Below, piece by piece: positions 37,415-46,796 of a stretch of 64,000 bases of DNA (its first letter is position 1; every line of letters starts with the position of its first letter). Source of the DNA: Candidatus Aminicenantes bacterium UBA6228 (lineage in GTDB: Bacteria; Acidobacteriota; Aminicenantia; Aminicenantales; Saccharicenantaceae); the NCBI GenBank assembly GCA_002441005.1, contig DJWO01000001.1, positions 64,155 to 128,154 of the forward strand, written 5' to 3'. The notes beneath the pieces are model-generated. The model was not told the DNA's origin, made no database searches, and worked only from the letters and a program-made list of their open reading frames with translations. The position numbers and the translations under genes are program-made.

Positions 37415-38593
37415 ATGAAATTTCTGGAAGATATCGATTATAAGGACAAACTTGTTTTTCTCCGCGTGGATTTCAATGTTCCCTTAGATGAAAACCTCAA
37501 GATTAGAGACGAAACCAGGATTCAGGCTTCTCTTCCGACCATTAAATATTTGCTGGAAAAAGGCGCCCGCCTGGTGGTTGCTTCTCATCTGGGCCGGCCT
37601 AAGGGTCAATTCAATCCAAAAATGAGCCTCAAACCGGTGGCTGAGAGGCTGCAGCAACTTTTAGCCGGGACAAGAGTCATCATGGCTCCAGACGTGATTG
37701 GTCCGGAAGTGGAACGGTTGAAAGCTAACCTAAAACCAGGCGAGCTGCTGCTACTCGAAAATGTCAGATTCTATAAACAGGAAACCGACAACGATCCTGA
37801 CTTTTCTAAAAAGCTGGCTGAAGGCTGTCAGGTTTTTGTCAATGATGCTTTTGGCTCCTGTCACCGGGCCCATGCCTCGGTCGTCGGGATTACAGCTTAT
37901 ACTGGAGACAAGGCTGCCGGCTTCCTGCTCAAGGAAGAAGTTGAACACCTCAGCCGCATAACTCATCACCCGGAAAGGCCTTACGTGGCTATCCTGGGCG
38001 GGGCCAAGATAGAAGATAAGATTCCGGTTCTGGAAAGCCTGGTCAGTCAAGCTGATGTCCTGCTGATTGGCGGGGCCATGGCTTATACTTTCCTTAAGGC
38101 CCAGGGCCGGGGGGTCGGAAAATCCTTAGTGGAAGAAGATAAGCTCCAGATTGCAGCCAGCATTCTGAAGAAAGCCGAAGACAGCGGGGTGAAATTCATT
38201 CTGCCTCTTGACCACATTCTGACTTCAGCTATTGACAGCCAGGAAATAGCCCTGGTGGCTGATTCTTATCCGCTGCCAGACCAGTTGATAGCGGTTGATA
38301 TCGGTCCCAAAACGATCGCCGAGTATGAAAAATACATAAAATCGGCCAGAACTATTTTCTGGAACGGCCCTCTGGGGGTCTTTGAGGTCAAAGCCTTTTC
38401 TAAAGGAACAGTAGAAATTGCCCGGGCGGTAGCCAGCTCCGGTGCCTTTTCGGTAGTTGGCGGCGGTGATTCGATAGCGGCTATTCATCAGGCCGGTGTG
38501 GCTGACCGCATCAGCCATATTTCAACTGGCGGCGGGGCCTCACTTGAATATATCGCCTACGGAACCCTGCCCGGGATTGAAGCTTTGAAATAA
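37415..38593 (+). CDS. pgk: Phosphoglycerate kinase
   Basis: 392 aa. N-terminal RVDFNVP motif. Hinge and nucleotide-binding motifs (GGGASLE, VGGGDS). Confidence 0.95.
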   Translation: MKFLEDIDYKDKLVFLRVDFNVPLDENLKIRDETRIQASLPTIKYLLEKGARLVVASHLGRPKGQFNPKMSLKPVAERLQQLLAGTRVIMAPDVIGPEVERLKANLKPGELLLLENVRFYKQETDNDPDFSKKLAEGCQVFVNDAFGSCHRAHASVVGITAYTGDKAAGFLLKEEVEHLSRITHHPERPYVAILGGAKIEDKIPVLESLVSQADVLLIGGAMAYTFLKAQGRGVGKSLVEEDKLQIAASILKKAEDSGVKFILPLDHILTSAIDSQEIALVADSYPLPDQLIAVDIGPKTIAEYEKYIKSARTIFWNGPLGVFEVKAFSKGTVEIARAVASSGAFSVVGGGDSIAAIHQAGVADRISHISTGGGASLEYIAYGTLPGIEALK

Positions 38594-38623
38594 AAGCCCC
38601 GGGCCAAAATGGGAGTCAGGTCA

Positions 38624-39403
38624 ATGGAAGAACTGGTCAAACCGGTCGTAGCCGGCAACTGGAAAATGTACAAAACTATAAGCGAGGCCCGGGAATTAAC
38701 GGCCGAGATTGTCAACCAGTCAGCCGATTTATCCGGAGCCAGCCTGATTCTCATTCCGCCTTTTACCGCTATCCAGGAAGTAAAAAAAACGGCCGGAGGC
38801 AGCCGCCTTAAAGTTGGAGGGCAGGATCTTTTCTGGGAAGAGGAAGGAGCTTTTACCGGTGAAATTTCTCCCCGCCAGCTAAAGGAAGCAGGCTGTGATT
38901 TCGTCCTGGTTGGCCATTCAGAAAGAAGACAGATTTTTGGCGAAACCGATGAGATGGTCAGGAAAAAAGTTCTGGCTGCCCTCCGCCATGATCTTATTCC
39001 AATTGTCTGCATCGGGGAAAATCTGGAAGAGAGGAAAAACGGTCAAACCCTGAATAAAATCAAGAGCCAGTTAGAAAACAGCCTGTTTGGCCTGCCGGAG
39101 GAAGAATTTAAGATGATCATTCTGGCTTATGAGCCCATCTGGGCAATTGGAACAGGGCAGAATGCTACTCCGGAGCAGGCTGAAGAAGTCCATGACTATA
39201 TCCGCCAGTTAATTGCGGGCAGGTATGGTAAAAGCCTGTCAGCCTGTGCTATAATCCTTTACGGCGGGTCGGTTAAACCGGCCAATGCCTCTTCTTTGAT
39301 AAAAGAAAAAGATGTTGATGGATTTTTAGTCGGCGGTGCTTCTCTTAGTGCCGGGTCCTTTCTGGGCATAGTCAGGGAAGCCAGCCGTCCGAATGAGGGT
39401 TAG
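38624..39403 (+). CDS. tpiA: Triose-phosphate isomerase
   Basis: Start at [16 protein letters not shown] (38624), with SD GGGAG 8 nt upstream. The ORF-track start at 38609 is probably too early. Catalytic region [11 protein letters not shown] and GGSV motif. Confidence 0.9.
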   Translation: MEELVKPVVAGNWKMYKTISEARELTAEIVNQSADLSGASLILIPPFTAIQEVKKTAGGSRLKVGGQDLFWEEEGAFTGEISPRQLKEAGCDFVLVGHSERRQIFGETDEMVRKKVLAALRHDLIPIVCIGENLEERKNGQTLNKIKSQLENSLFGLPEEEFKMIILAYEPIWAIGTGQNATPEQAEEVHDYIRQLIAGRYGKSLSACAIILYGGSVKPANASSLIKEKDVDGFLVGGASLSAGSFLGIVREASRPNEG

Positions 39404-39405
39404 AA

Positions 39406-39792
39406 GTGACTACTTTTTTGATTGTTCTCCATGTAATTGTCTGTATCGTGCTGATTCTGGCTGTTTTGCTTCAATCGGGCAAGGCGGCCGACCTGGCCGG
39501 GGCCTTCGGCGGAGGTGGCAGTCAAACTGCTTTCGGACCACGGAGCAGCCAGACTATCCTGAGCAAAATCACAACTGTCGGTGCTGTTTTGTTCATGCTA
39601 ACTTCAATTGGCCTGTGGATCTTATCCGGTAAGACTTCATCCGTGGCCAAGGATATTCCGGCTCAGCCGGCAGCCACCGAGACTCAACAGCCGGCTCAAA
39701 AGCAGGAACCGGCTAATCAAACAGCTCCGGCCGAGACCAGTAAGACCACTACTCAGACAGAGCAGCCCCAGACCGATCAGACTAAAAAGTAA
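39406..39792 (+). CDS. secG: Preprotein translocase subunit SecG
   Basis: 128 aa. Conserved [24 protein letters not shown] loop. Two TM helices. About 50-aa Q/T/P/A-rich C-terminal extension. Confidence 0.8.
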   Translation: MTTFLIVLHVIVCIVLILAVLLQSGKAADLAGAFGGGGSQTAFGPRSSQTILSKITTVGAVLFMLTSIGLWILSGKTSSVAKDIPAQPAATETQQPAQKQEPANQTAPAETSKTTTQTEQPQTDQTKK

Positions 39793-39814
39793 GCAGAAGC
39801 AAGAAGCAACTTAT

Positions 39815-39902
39815 GCCGAAGTGGTGGAATTGGCAGACACGCTAGCTTGAGGGGCTAGTTCCCGCAAAAATGGGAGTAGGGGTTCGAGTCCCCTCTTCGG
39901 CA
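39815..39902 (+). tRNA. tRNA-Leu (anticodon GAG), type II with long variable arm
   Basis: Acceptor GCCGAAG/CTTCGGC. Anticodon stem CTAGC/GCTAG with loop TTGAGGG. Variable arm TCCCG-CAAAAA-TGGGA. T-arm AGGGG-TTCGAGT-CCCCT. Discriminator A. CCA not encoded. Confidence 0.85.
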
Positions 39903-39932
39903 TTTCCTTTCTTCATTAAAAAAAATAACAAA

Positions 39933-40373
39933 TCAGGCTAATTTTGCCACCCACAAGGCCAGGTCTGTTTCGGGCATGGCTCCTGAGGTTCGTCCCCTTT
40001 CGGCATTACGATGAAAAACAATTAGAGTGGGCACAGCCTGAAGGCCAAATCTGGTAGCCAGCTCAGGATGTTTATCGATATCAACCTTAATGACCATTAT
40101 TTCTCCGCTCCGCCGTTTGGCCAGCCGCTCCAGAACTGGGCCCATCAGCTGACAGGGACGGCAGGTTGGTGAAAAGAAATCGGTCAGAACCGGCAGACTG
40201 GATCTGGAAATCAGGTTAAGAGCCTGAACTGGATTGACTTCCAGGACATCGCCCGGCCGGGGCAACGGACTGTGGCACCGTCCGCAGACGACTTTTTTCT
40301 CCTGAGCTTCATCTGGATAATAATTGGTCTGCCCACAATTCAAGCAACTGACTTTAACCTTTCTTTCATCCAT
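39933..40373 (-). CDS. Thioredoxin with N-terminal zinc-ribbon (thioredoxin-2/TrxC-like)
   Basis: 146 aa. N-terminal CxxC...CxxC (CLNCGQ...CGRCH). Thioredoxin fold with active site TCRPC in place of the canonical WCGPC. Conserved VPTLIVF. Confidence 0.75.
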   Translation of the reverse strand: MDERKVKVSCLNCGQTNYYPDEAQEKKVVCGRCHSPLPRPGDVLEVNPVQALNLISRSSLPVLTDFFSPTCRPCQLMGPVLERLAKRRSGEIMVIKVDIDKHPELATRFGLQAVPTLIVFHRNAERGRTSGAMPETDLALWVAKLA

Positions 40374-40457
40374 GTTGAATTCACCTCAACTCTTTTTTTT
40401 ATATTTTAGCGGCCAGAGAAATTAAAGACAAGAACAGGCAGAGTTTAGAATAAAAGT

Positions 40458-41633
40458 TTAAAATAAAAGCTCGCTTAAAATTAAATTGGCTACCAGAAAC
40501 CGGCTGGAAGGTATCCTGAGTCTGGAGCCGGCCAGTTCCAGACAGCCATTAGCTGCAAGCTCAGTTATTTTTTCTTCATAAGATGAAAAATCCAGACCGG
40601 CATATTCTTCCTTTATCAGTCCCCAATCAACTCCGGCTGCCAGGCGCAAGCCGGACATCAGTTTTTCCTTTAAAGCCGTTTCCTGACTTAAAACCAGATA
40701 TTCACTGAGATTCATCTGACTCTCAAGAATAGCTTTCGACCAGAGTTTAAGGTCGGGAATATCTTGCCAGCGCAGAAACGCCAAGTGAGAAGCAGCCGAG
40801 GGTCCAAAGCCAATGACGGGCTTATATTCCCAGTACTTAAGATTGTGCCGGCAGGCATAACCTTGGCGGGCATAGTTGGAAATTTCATATTGCTCGTAGC
40901 CCAGCTGGCCCAGAGCAGTCTGGTAATTTTCATAAGTTTCAGCCAGTTCTTCTTCCGAAACCGGATTTTCTTCCCAGGCTTTTTTAAATGGAACTTCATC
41001 CAGTTCTTCCAGCATATAAACTGCCACCTGTTCAGGCCTGGTAATCTCAATCCCCTTCGTATTGTCCTCGAAAACCGGGGTATCTTCTCCGGGAAGTCCG
41101 ATCATCAGGTCAAGATTCAGGTTGGTAAATCCGGCTTTTCTGGCCTGGTTGATGGTCTCAAAGATGTCGTCCACAGAATGAAGGCGGCCCAGGCTTTTAA
41201 GCATCCAGTCAGAAAAAGACTGAGCCCCAAGGCTCAGGCGGTTTACTCCGGCCTGCTTGAACCCCAAAAGCTTCTGGCCAGAGGTTTCCGGATTAAATTC
41301 TAAGGTTATTTCTTTAAGATCGCAGTTGAAATTTTTACTCAGACTGGAAAGCAGGCCTTCAATTTCTTCCGGCCTCAAACTGGAGGGAGTTCCACCACCA
41401 AAATAAACCGTCTCAATTTCGAACAGGCCGGATAACTGCTCAGCCACTAAGCTAATTTCCTGCTGGATGCCTGACAGCCAGAGGCGGTGCTCTTCTTCCT
41501 GGCCTGGATAGCTATAAAAATGGCAGTAAGGGCATTTTTTCAGACAAAAAGGATAATGAAAATAGGCGCCAGCCTTCAGATTCTTTTCTTTGATTTTAAG
41601 CTTTCCTTTGAGCTGGCCTGGACTTAGAATCAT
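40458..41633 (-). CDS. hemW: Radical SAM heme chaperone HemW (HemN-like, coproporphyrinogen oxidase family)
   Basis: 391 aa. Radical SAM CxxxCxxC as FCLKKCPYCHF. HemN_C-like C-terminal domain. Confidence 0.8.
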   Translation of the reverse strand: MILSPGQLKGKLKIKEKNLKAGAYFHYPFCLKKCPYCHFYSYPGQEEEHRLWLSGIQQEISLVAEQLSGLFEIETVYFGGGTPSSLRPEEIEGLLSSLSKNFNCDLKEITLEFNPETSGQKLLGFKQAGVNRLSLGAQSFSDWMLKSLGRLHSVDDIFETINQARKAGFTNLNLDLMIGLPGEDTPVFEDNTKGIEITRPEQVAVYMLEELDEVPFKKAWEENPVSEEELAETYENYQTALGQLGYEQYEISNYARQGYACRHNLKYWEYKPVIGFGPSAASHLAFLRWQDIPDLKLWSKAILESQMNLSEYLVLSQETALKEKLMSGLRLAAGVDWGLIKEEYAGLDFSSYEEKITELAANGCLELAGSRLRIPSSRFLVANLILSELLF

Positions 41634-41691
41634 TTCAATCTAAAACTTTGAAACCTGGATACTCCGCCTGCCCAGCTGGCCGGAGACGATT

Positions 41692-42159
41692 TTAAATCTG
41701 GTGATAATAACCTATGATAGCATAATAAAGGGCTCGGTCAAAAAAAGTCACCAGCCGGTCATAAAGATCCAGAGCCTGATAAAGGTCAAGGGCGTTGTCC
41801 AGCAGGCCTTCAGATTGAATCTTATGCCAGACCTGCTTCCGTTCCAGGCAAAGAGAGAGGAAAATCTCCGGCAGGGTAAATCCTTCCTGGCGCCTTTTCT
41901 CCCCGAGAGCTATCCAGTTGTCCTGCATTTCCTTTGAATCCAGCTTATAGGAAATCCAGTGTCCCAGCTGGCTGTAGACCGCATAGGTGCGGTCAAAAAC
42001 CTCCTTTTCCGGAAACGACTGATAAGTAGCCATATTCGGATTTCTCTTTACTTCCCGCAAATAAGCTAAAGCTAATTCCCTGGCATCCCTTTCTATTAAT
42101 TCGACCAGTTTCCGGGAAAAAGGACTTAATTGATTTTCCCTGGCTGTCGAGTCATCCAT
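41692..42159 (-). CDS. Hypothetical all-alpha protein
   Basis: 155 aa. No recognised catalytic motif. Helical, with weak resemblance to globin-like sensor N-domains. Reasonable codon usage. Upstream of hemW on the same strand. Confidence 0.4.
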   Translation of the reverse strand: MDDSTARENQLSPFSRKLVELIERDARELALAYLREVKRNPNMATYQSFPEKEVFDRTYAVYSQLGHWISYKLDSKEMQDNWIALGEKRRQEGFTLPEIFLSLCLERKQVWHKIQSEGLLDNALDLYQALDLYDRLVTFFDRALYYAIIGYYHQI

Positions 42160-42238
42160 TTTCCCCTCCCTTTTTAAATTTAATTCCTCCCTCTCAGCTT
42201 GTCAAATTATCAGGCCTTTTTCCTCTTTGGGCAGAAAG

Positions 42239-42312
42239 CGCGCCCGGGGAGATTCGAACTCCCGGCCTCAGGATTCGAAGTCCTTCGCTCTATCCAGCTG
42301 AGCTACGGGCGC
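42239..42312 (-). tRNA. tRNA-Arg (anticodon TCG)
   Basis: Reverse complement folds as GCGCCCG-TA-GCTC-AGCTGGATA-GAGC-G-AAGGA-CTTCGAA-TCCTG-AGGCC-GGGAG-TTCGAAT-CTCCC-CGGGCGC-G. Anticodon TCG. CCA not encoded. Confidence 0.8.
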
Positions 42313-42584
42313 AGAAATTTTTTAATTTATTTTATCTTAACCTACTTATCAGGCGACTGCAACCACTGAGCCAGACCCGTTTTCCCCGGCGATCATCAAG
42401 CCGATTCCGGGCGTCAGGGTCAAGTGATGATTAGCCAAATGGCAGTTTCTAGCTGAAAATGGTTCAGATAGCTTTTTTACAATTTTAAAAGTTTTTATAT
42501 CTTTCCATTTTATTTTTGACTACAATGACCTCTGTAATCTGGCCTGTTGATAACGAGGGAGTCTGAACAAGAAAGAACTTCCCT

Positions 42585-44375
42585 ATGAAACCAATTAAAG
42601 GGCAACAGAAGAAGGGCAAAATAACGAGAAAAACTTCCCTGAATAACCGAGGGCTTTCCCGGAAATTATGGGATCAGGCCCCTTTCGCCTGTCTTCTTCT
42701 AAATACCAAAGGCATCATTACCAGCGTTAATCAGACAGAAGCCAGACTACTGGGCTATAAAAAAGAGGAGCTGGTCGGTCAGCCAATATTTAATTTTATT
42801 CTGCCCGAGCAACAGGCCGAAGCTAAAAAAAAGTTTCAGCAAAAGTTAGCCGGGAAGCCTGTTCCCAGAATCAATGACAGAATTCTGGTTAGAAAGGATG
42901 GTTCAAAAATCCAGCTGGCAGTTAATGACCTGATTGTACGGGATGACCGGGGGAAGCCAACCGGTGTTTATGGCACCATGTTCGATATAACAGATTATAA
43001 GAAGATAGAAGCCGACCTGAGGACATCCGAGGAGCGCTACAAGGACCTGGTGGAAAAAGCCGGAATTGCGATTCTCATTGATGATCAGCGGGGAAATTTT
43101 ATCTATGCCAATAAGAGGTATGCTGAAATTTTTGGCTATCCTGCCGAAGAGATAAAAAACTTATCAATTTTTTCAGTGGTTCATCCTGATGACCGGAAGA
43201 AAGTCAGGTCCTATCACCAGGGACGTTTGGTGGGAAAAAAGGTGCCAGCCAGGTATGAATTTAAAGGGATTAAAAAAGATGGTTCTATTATTTATTGCGA
43301 AGTAGACAGTGCACCTCTTAAAGAAGGTAAAGTAGCAGTTGGAACACGTTCTTACCTCTGGGATATAACTACGCGCAAAAGGACAGAAGCAGCTACCTTA
43401 GAGAGCGAAGGGCTCTACCGCTCGATTGTTGAACATTCTCATGATGGCATTTTATTGATTGATGAGAATTACAAGATTATCTATTCCAACAACGAATTAA
43501 ACCATAATCTGGATTATTCCTCTGATGAGATTCTGGGCCATGACTTCCGGGACTTTCTGGATGAAGAAAGCCGGCCACTGGTGGCTGACCATTATCTTCG
43601 AAGACAGAGAGGAGAAAAAGTTCCACCCCGTTATGAATTCAATATAGTTAGAAAAGACGGAACCAAACGAAGGGTAGAAATTAGCTCTGACGTCATAAAA
43701 GATGCGGCCGGTAAGAAGAGGACCGTGGCTCAGCTTCTGGACATTACTGACCGTAAAAAAGCTGAAGAGCTGAATAGGGAAATGATGAAGAACCTGCGGA
43801 AAGCACTGGACGGCACCATCAACGTCATCGCTTTGACGGTTGAAGCCCGTGATCCATTCACTTCCGGTCACCAGCGGCGGGTGGCTGATTTAGCCCGGGC
43901 CATAGCCACGGAAATGGGTTTGCCCAGAGACTCGATTGAAGCTATCAGGTCGGCCGCTATCATCCACGACTTAGGGAAAATACATGTTCCGGCTGATATT
44001 CTCAACAAACCCAGCAGTTTGACGGAGATAGAGTTTAACTTCATCAAGGTTCACCCCGAAGTGGCTTACAATATTCTCAAGGATATAGAATTTCCCTGGC
44101 CGGTGGCGGAGATTATCTATGAGCACCATGAAAGATGGAACGGCTCTGGCTATCCCCGGGGTCTATCCGGCCAGAACATCCTGCTGGAGGCCAGAATTCT
44201 GGGGGTAGCTGATGTGGTCGAAGCCATGGCTTCTCACCGGCCTTACCGGCCGCCGCTTGGGATAGAGAAAGCCCTGGAAGAGCTGGTGGCGAACAGTGGC
44301 CGGCTTTACGATCCAGAGGTGGTTGAGGCCTGCCTGATGGTCTTTAACCAAAAACACTATGCTTTTAAGTCATGA
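42585..44375 (+). CDS. Triple-PAS sensor with C-terminal HD-GYP domain (putative c-di-GMP phosphodiesterase)
   Basis: 596 aa. Three PAS/PAC modules (ITSVNQTEARLLGYKKEEL, IYANKRYAEIFGYPAEEI, IYSNNELNHNLDYSSDEI). HD-GYP region HQRRVADL...IHDLGK...HHERWNGSGYPRGL. Confidence 0.8.
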   Translation: MKPIKGQQKKGKITRKTSLNNRGLSRKLWDQAPFACLLLNTKGIITSVNQTEARLLGYKKEELVGQPIFNFILPEQQAEAKKKFQQKLAGKPVPRINDRILVRKDGSKIQLAVNDLIVRDDRGKPTGVYGTMFDITDYKKIEADLRTSEERYKDLVEKAGIAILIDDQRGNFIYANKRYAEIFGYPAEEIKNLSIFSVVHPDDRKKVRSYHQGRLVGKKVPARYEFKGIKKDGSIIYCEVDSAPLKEGKVAVGTRSYLWDITTRKRTEAATLESEGLYRSIVEHSHDGILLIDENYKIIYSNNELNHNLDYSSDEILGHDFRDFLDEESRPLVADHYLRRQRGEKVPPRYEFNIVRKDGTKRRVEISSDVIKDAAGKKRTVAQLLDITDRKKAEELNREMMKNLRKALDGTINVIALTVEARDPFTSGHQRRVADLARAIATEMGLPRDSIEAIRSAAIIHDLGKIHVPADILNKPSSLTEIEFNFIKVHPEVAYNILKDIEFPWPVAEIIYEHHERWNGSGYPRGLSGQNILLEARILGVADVVEAMASHRPYRPPLGIEKALEELVANSGRLYDPEVVEACLMVFNQKHYAFKS

Positions 44376-44444
44376 GGCAAGTGCTATATAAACTATCTCA
44401 GAGAAGTCTATCCGGCCTTCAAAACGAGCTGACCGCCTGCCAGA

Positions 44445-45587
44445 TCAATTACTTTCTGGATTGAAGTCTTTTTCCAGAAGCTTTAATTTGAGCTCAAAAG
44501 GCTCTTCCCAGGTTCTCTTAAAAGCAAAGCCAGCGATAACCCAGATGACTCCTGGCTCCGGCTCAAAAACATAAGGATAACTTAGCTGGCCGCCTGGCTG
44601 CCGGGCAATAATCACCGGCGGTGACCAGTTAAAGCCGTCGTCAGAAAAGGCTAAGCTCAGCTCTTCCCGGTGCCAGGAAGCAGGCAGTTCAGAATGAAAA
44701 GGGGTTGGTCTGGTTTTAGGCCAGGTGCGGCCCTCAGGATTAAGCCTGTTCCAGACGAGAACAAAACGGCCGCTTTGAAGCTTCAGGAGATAACCTGGTG
44801 AGCTGCTGGCCTCAATTAAAGATGGCCAGATTCTCCGCCAGTAGCGGCCATCTTCTGAGATAGCCTGCCAGAAACGGTCAAGGCCGGTTCGGATGAGCAT
44901 CAGCAACCGCCCATCGGGCAGTTCGGCCATGGCTGGTTCAAAGGCCCCATCGTGATGGCCATGTCCACCCAGATCAATCCAGTTGCTGCGACTCCAGGTC
45001 AGCCCTTCGTCGTCAGAATAGAAGGAACAAACCACCAGCCGCCCGGGGTTAGAGACTAAATGCTGGAGAGGAACCACCACCCGGCCGGAAGAGGTCTGGA
45101 CCAAACCAAAAAAGTTCGGGTTATAGCCAGAGAGAAGCCTCTGATTGTCAACCCAGGTTTTCCCGCCGTCCTGGCTCCGGATTGACCAGACTTCCAGCTG
45201 GCAGTCGCCGGGCTCATTCTTTTCCTGGTCCCAGTTGAATTGTCTGCCGTTAAAATTAAGGTAAACAAGGATCAGAACATTGTTTTTTGTCCGGAGAAGA
45301 TAATAAGAAGCAGGTTCTCTGGAATTGAGACCCGAGCAAACAAAAACAGGTTCGGACCAGCTGTGGCCGCCATCATAACTTAAAGAAAATCCTTTCTCAT
45401 CGACAGTGGCCAGGGCGCCCTCAGCCATCAAAATAAAAGGCCCTTTTTTGCCGATGTCAAGAGCCTGACAGGAAGGATGGACCCAGACAGGTTTATCAGT
45501 AGAAAACGAACTCAAAGTAAGGGCCAGCAGCATCCCGGTCAAAACCAGGCTGGTTAAAAAGAAATTGTGCTTCATCATATTTTGCAC
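44445..45587 (-). CDS. Secreted BNR/Asp-box repeat protein (sialidase-like beta-propeller)
   Basis: 380 aa. Signal peptide. At least three Asp-box motifs S-x-D-x-G-x-T-W (SYDGGHSWS, SQDGGKTW, SDDEGLTWS). Confidence 0.6.
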   Translation of the reverse strand: MQNMMKHNFFLTSLVLTGMLLALTLSSFSTDKPVWVHPSCQALDIGKKGPFILMAEGALATVDEKGFSLSYDGGHSWSEPVFVCSGLNSREPASYYLLRTKNNVLILVYLNFNGRQFNWDQEKNEPGDCQLEVWSIRSQDGGKTWVDNQRLLSGYNPNFFGLVQTSSGRVVVPLQHLVSNPGRLVVCSFYSDDEGLTWSRSNWIDLGGHGHHDGAFEPAMAELPDGRLLMLIRTGLDRFWQAISEDGRYWRRIWPSLIEASSSPGYLLKLQSGRFVLVWNRLNPEGRTWPKTRPTPFHSELPASWHREELSLAFSDDGFNWSPPVIIARQPGGQLSYPYVFEPEPGVIWVIAGFAFKRTWEEPFELKLKLLEKDFNPESN

Positions 45588-45629
45588 TTTAGCTTTTTAT
45601 ATTCTTTTTAAATCTGAATCGCGAGATCT

Positions 45630-46613
45630 TTAGCGACCGAACCGCAGCAACCCCCGGCTGCAACTGCCGGTGCATCTGGTACAGGAGAAGCAATCAGGCC
45701 TCAGAACCGAGCCCTTAACGATCTCGGCAACCGCCGGACAGGGAGATTTAATTATACAGGCCTGACAGTCGGTGCAGTTGTCTTTCTTTTTAATCACCCG
45801 AAAGAGGGCGATCTGTTCAACGACGTTGGCCATCAGGCCAACCGGACAGACTAAGTAACAGAAGGGACGGTAGGTAAAAAAGGCAAAGATAATAGTTAAA
45901 ATAAGCGGCAAAAAGTTGATGAGATTATCAATCAGGGCAGCTGCCCAGCTCCATTCATAGCCATGAAAGGCATTGATATAATCATAAAGCGACAGCGGAA
46001 CAACCCGGCCGTTAGAAACAGTGTGGATGACCGCTGTCCAGCTCAGAAAGATAAAGGCGATAAAAATCAGGATCCTGATGGTCTGGGTCAGCCGGAAACT
46101 CAGCTTGTGTCTTTTTATTTTCAATTTATCGGCCAGCATGGAGATAAGTTCCTGAATGGCCCCGACCGGGCAGACCCAGCCGCAAAACAGCTTTGGCCCG
46201 ATTAAGGTCAGGAATAAAATAACCGCCAGGAAAACCATCATTGGCAGACCAAAGCCATAAAGGATGGACTTGGTCACGGTGCAGACCGGAGAGGGATGCA
46301 TCGAGAAACCGGAAAAAAACTTAATCCCTAAATTGGCTGAAACCCCATAGAGGAAAGTTGAAACCAGCAAAATCAGCACTTTAAACCGGTCATTCATTTT
46401 TCTGGAGAGGAGCAAAATTAGAACCAGGGCGGCAATGATGAGCATGGTCAGGAACTTGGGTCTCATTAAAAACTGAAGAAAAGTGGGCGCAGCCTGACGG
46501 CCTTGTCCCCCGCCACTCCCGGTTCTCTCCTGAGCCAGAGCCAGAACTGGCAAGCTCAATAGACTGGCCAAAAACAACCAGAGGCCAAAACGCCGAAAAT
46601 TTCTCTTTAACAT
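45630..46613 (-). CDS. NapH/MauN-type integral-membrane polyferredoxin
   Basis: 327 aa. TM helices. Two cytoplasmic CxxxCP motifs (CGWVCPVG, CYLVCPVG). C-terminal CxxCxxC...CP and CxxCxxCxxxC ferredoxin-like clusters (CTDCQACIIKSPCP, CFSCTRCTGSC). Confidence 0.65.
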   Translation of the reverse strand: MLKRNFRRFGLWLFLASLLSLPVLALAQERTGSGGGQGRQAAPTFLQFLMRPKFLTMLIIAALVLILLLSRKMNDRFKVLILLVSTFLYGVSANLGIKFFSGFSMHPSPVCTVTKSILYGFGLPMMVFLAVILFLTLIGPKLFCGWVCPVGAIQELISMLADKLKIKRHKLSFRLTQTIRILIFIAFIFLSWTAVIHTVSNGRVVPLSLYDYINAFHGYEWSWAAALIDNLINFLPLILTIIFAFFTYRPFCYLVCPVGLMANVVEQIALFRVIKKKDNCTDCQACIIKSPCPAVAEIVKGSVLRPDCFSCTRCTGSCSRGLLRFGR

Positions 46614-46796
46614 GCCGGCCTTCTCCTTTTCCTGGGATTAGTTTTCTATCATGCCAGAAGAAGAAAAAAAAGTAAAACAGAATTTCTGGAGGGCCCCGAC
46701 TAAAGTACCGGTCACAAAATCCCCGTTTGAGTCAGGCTTAAAATTTTGTCTTTTTTCCCTTAGAGTTAAGTTGTAAAATTCCTGGCAGGTTAACCA

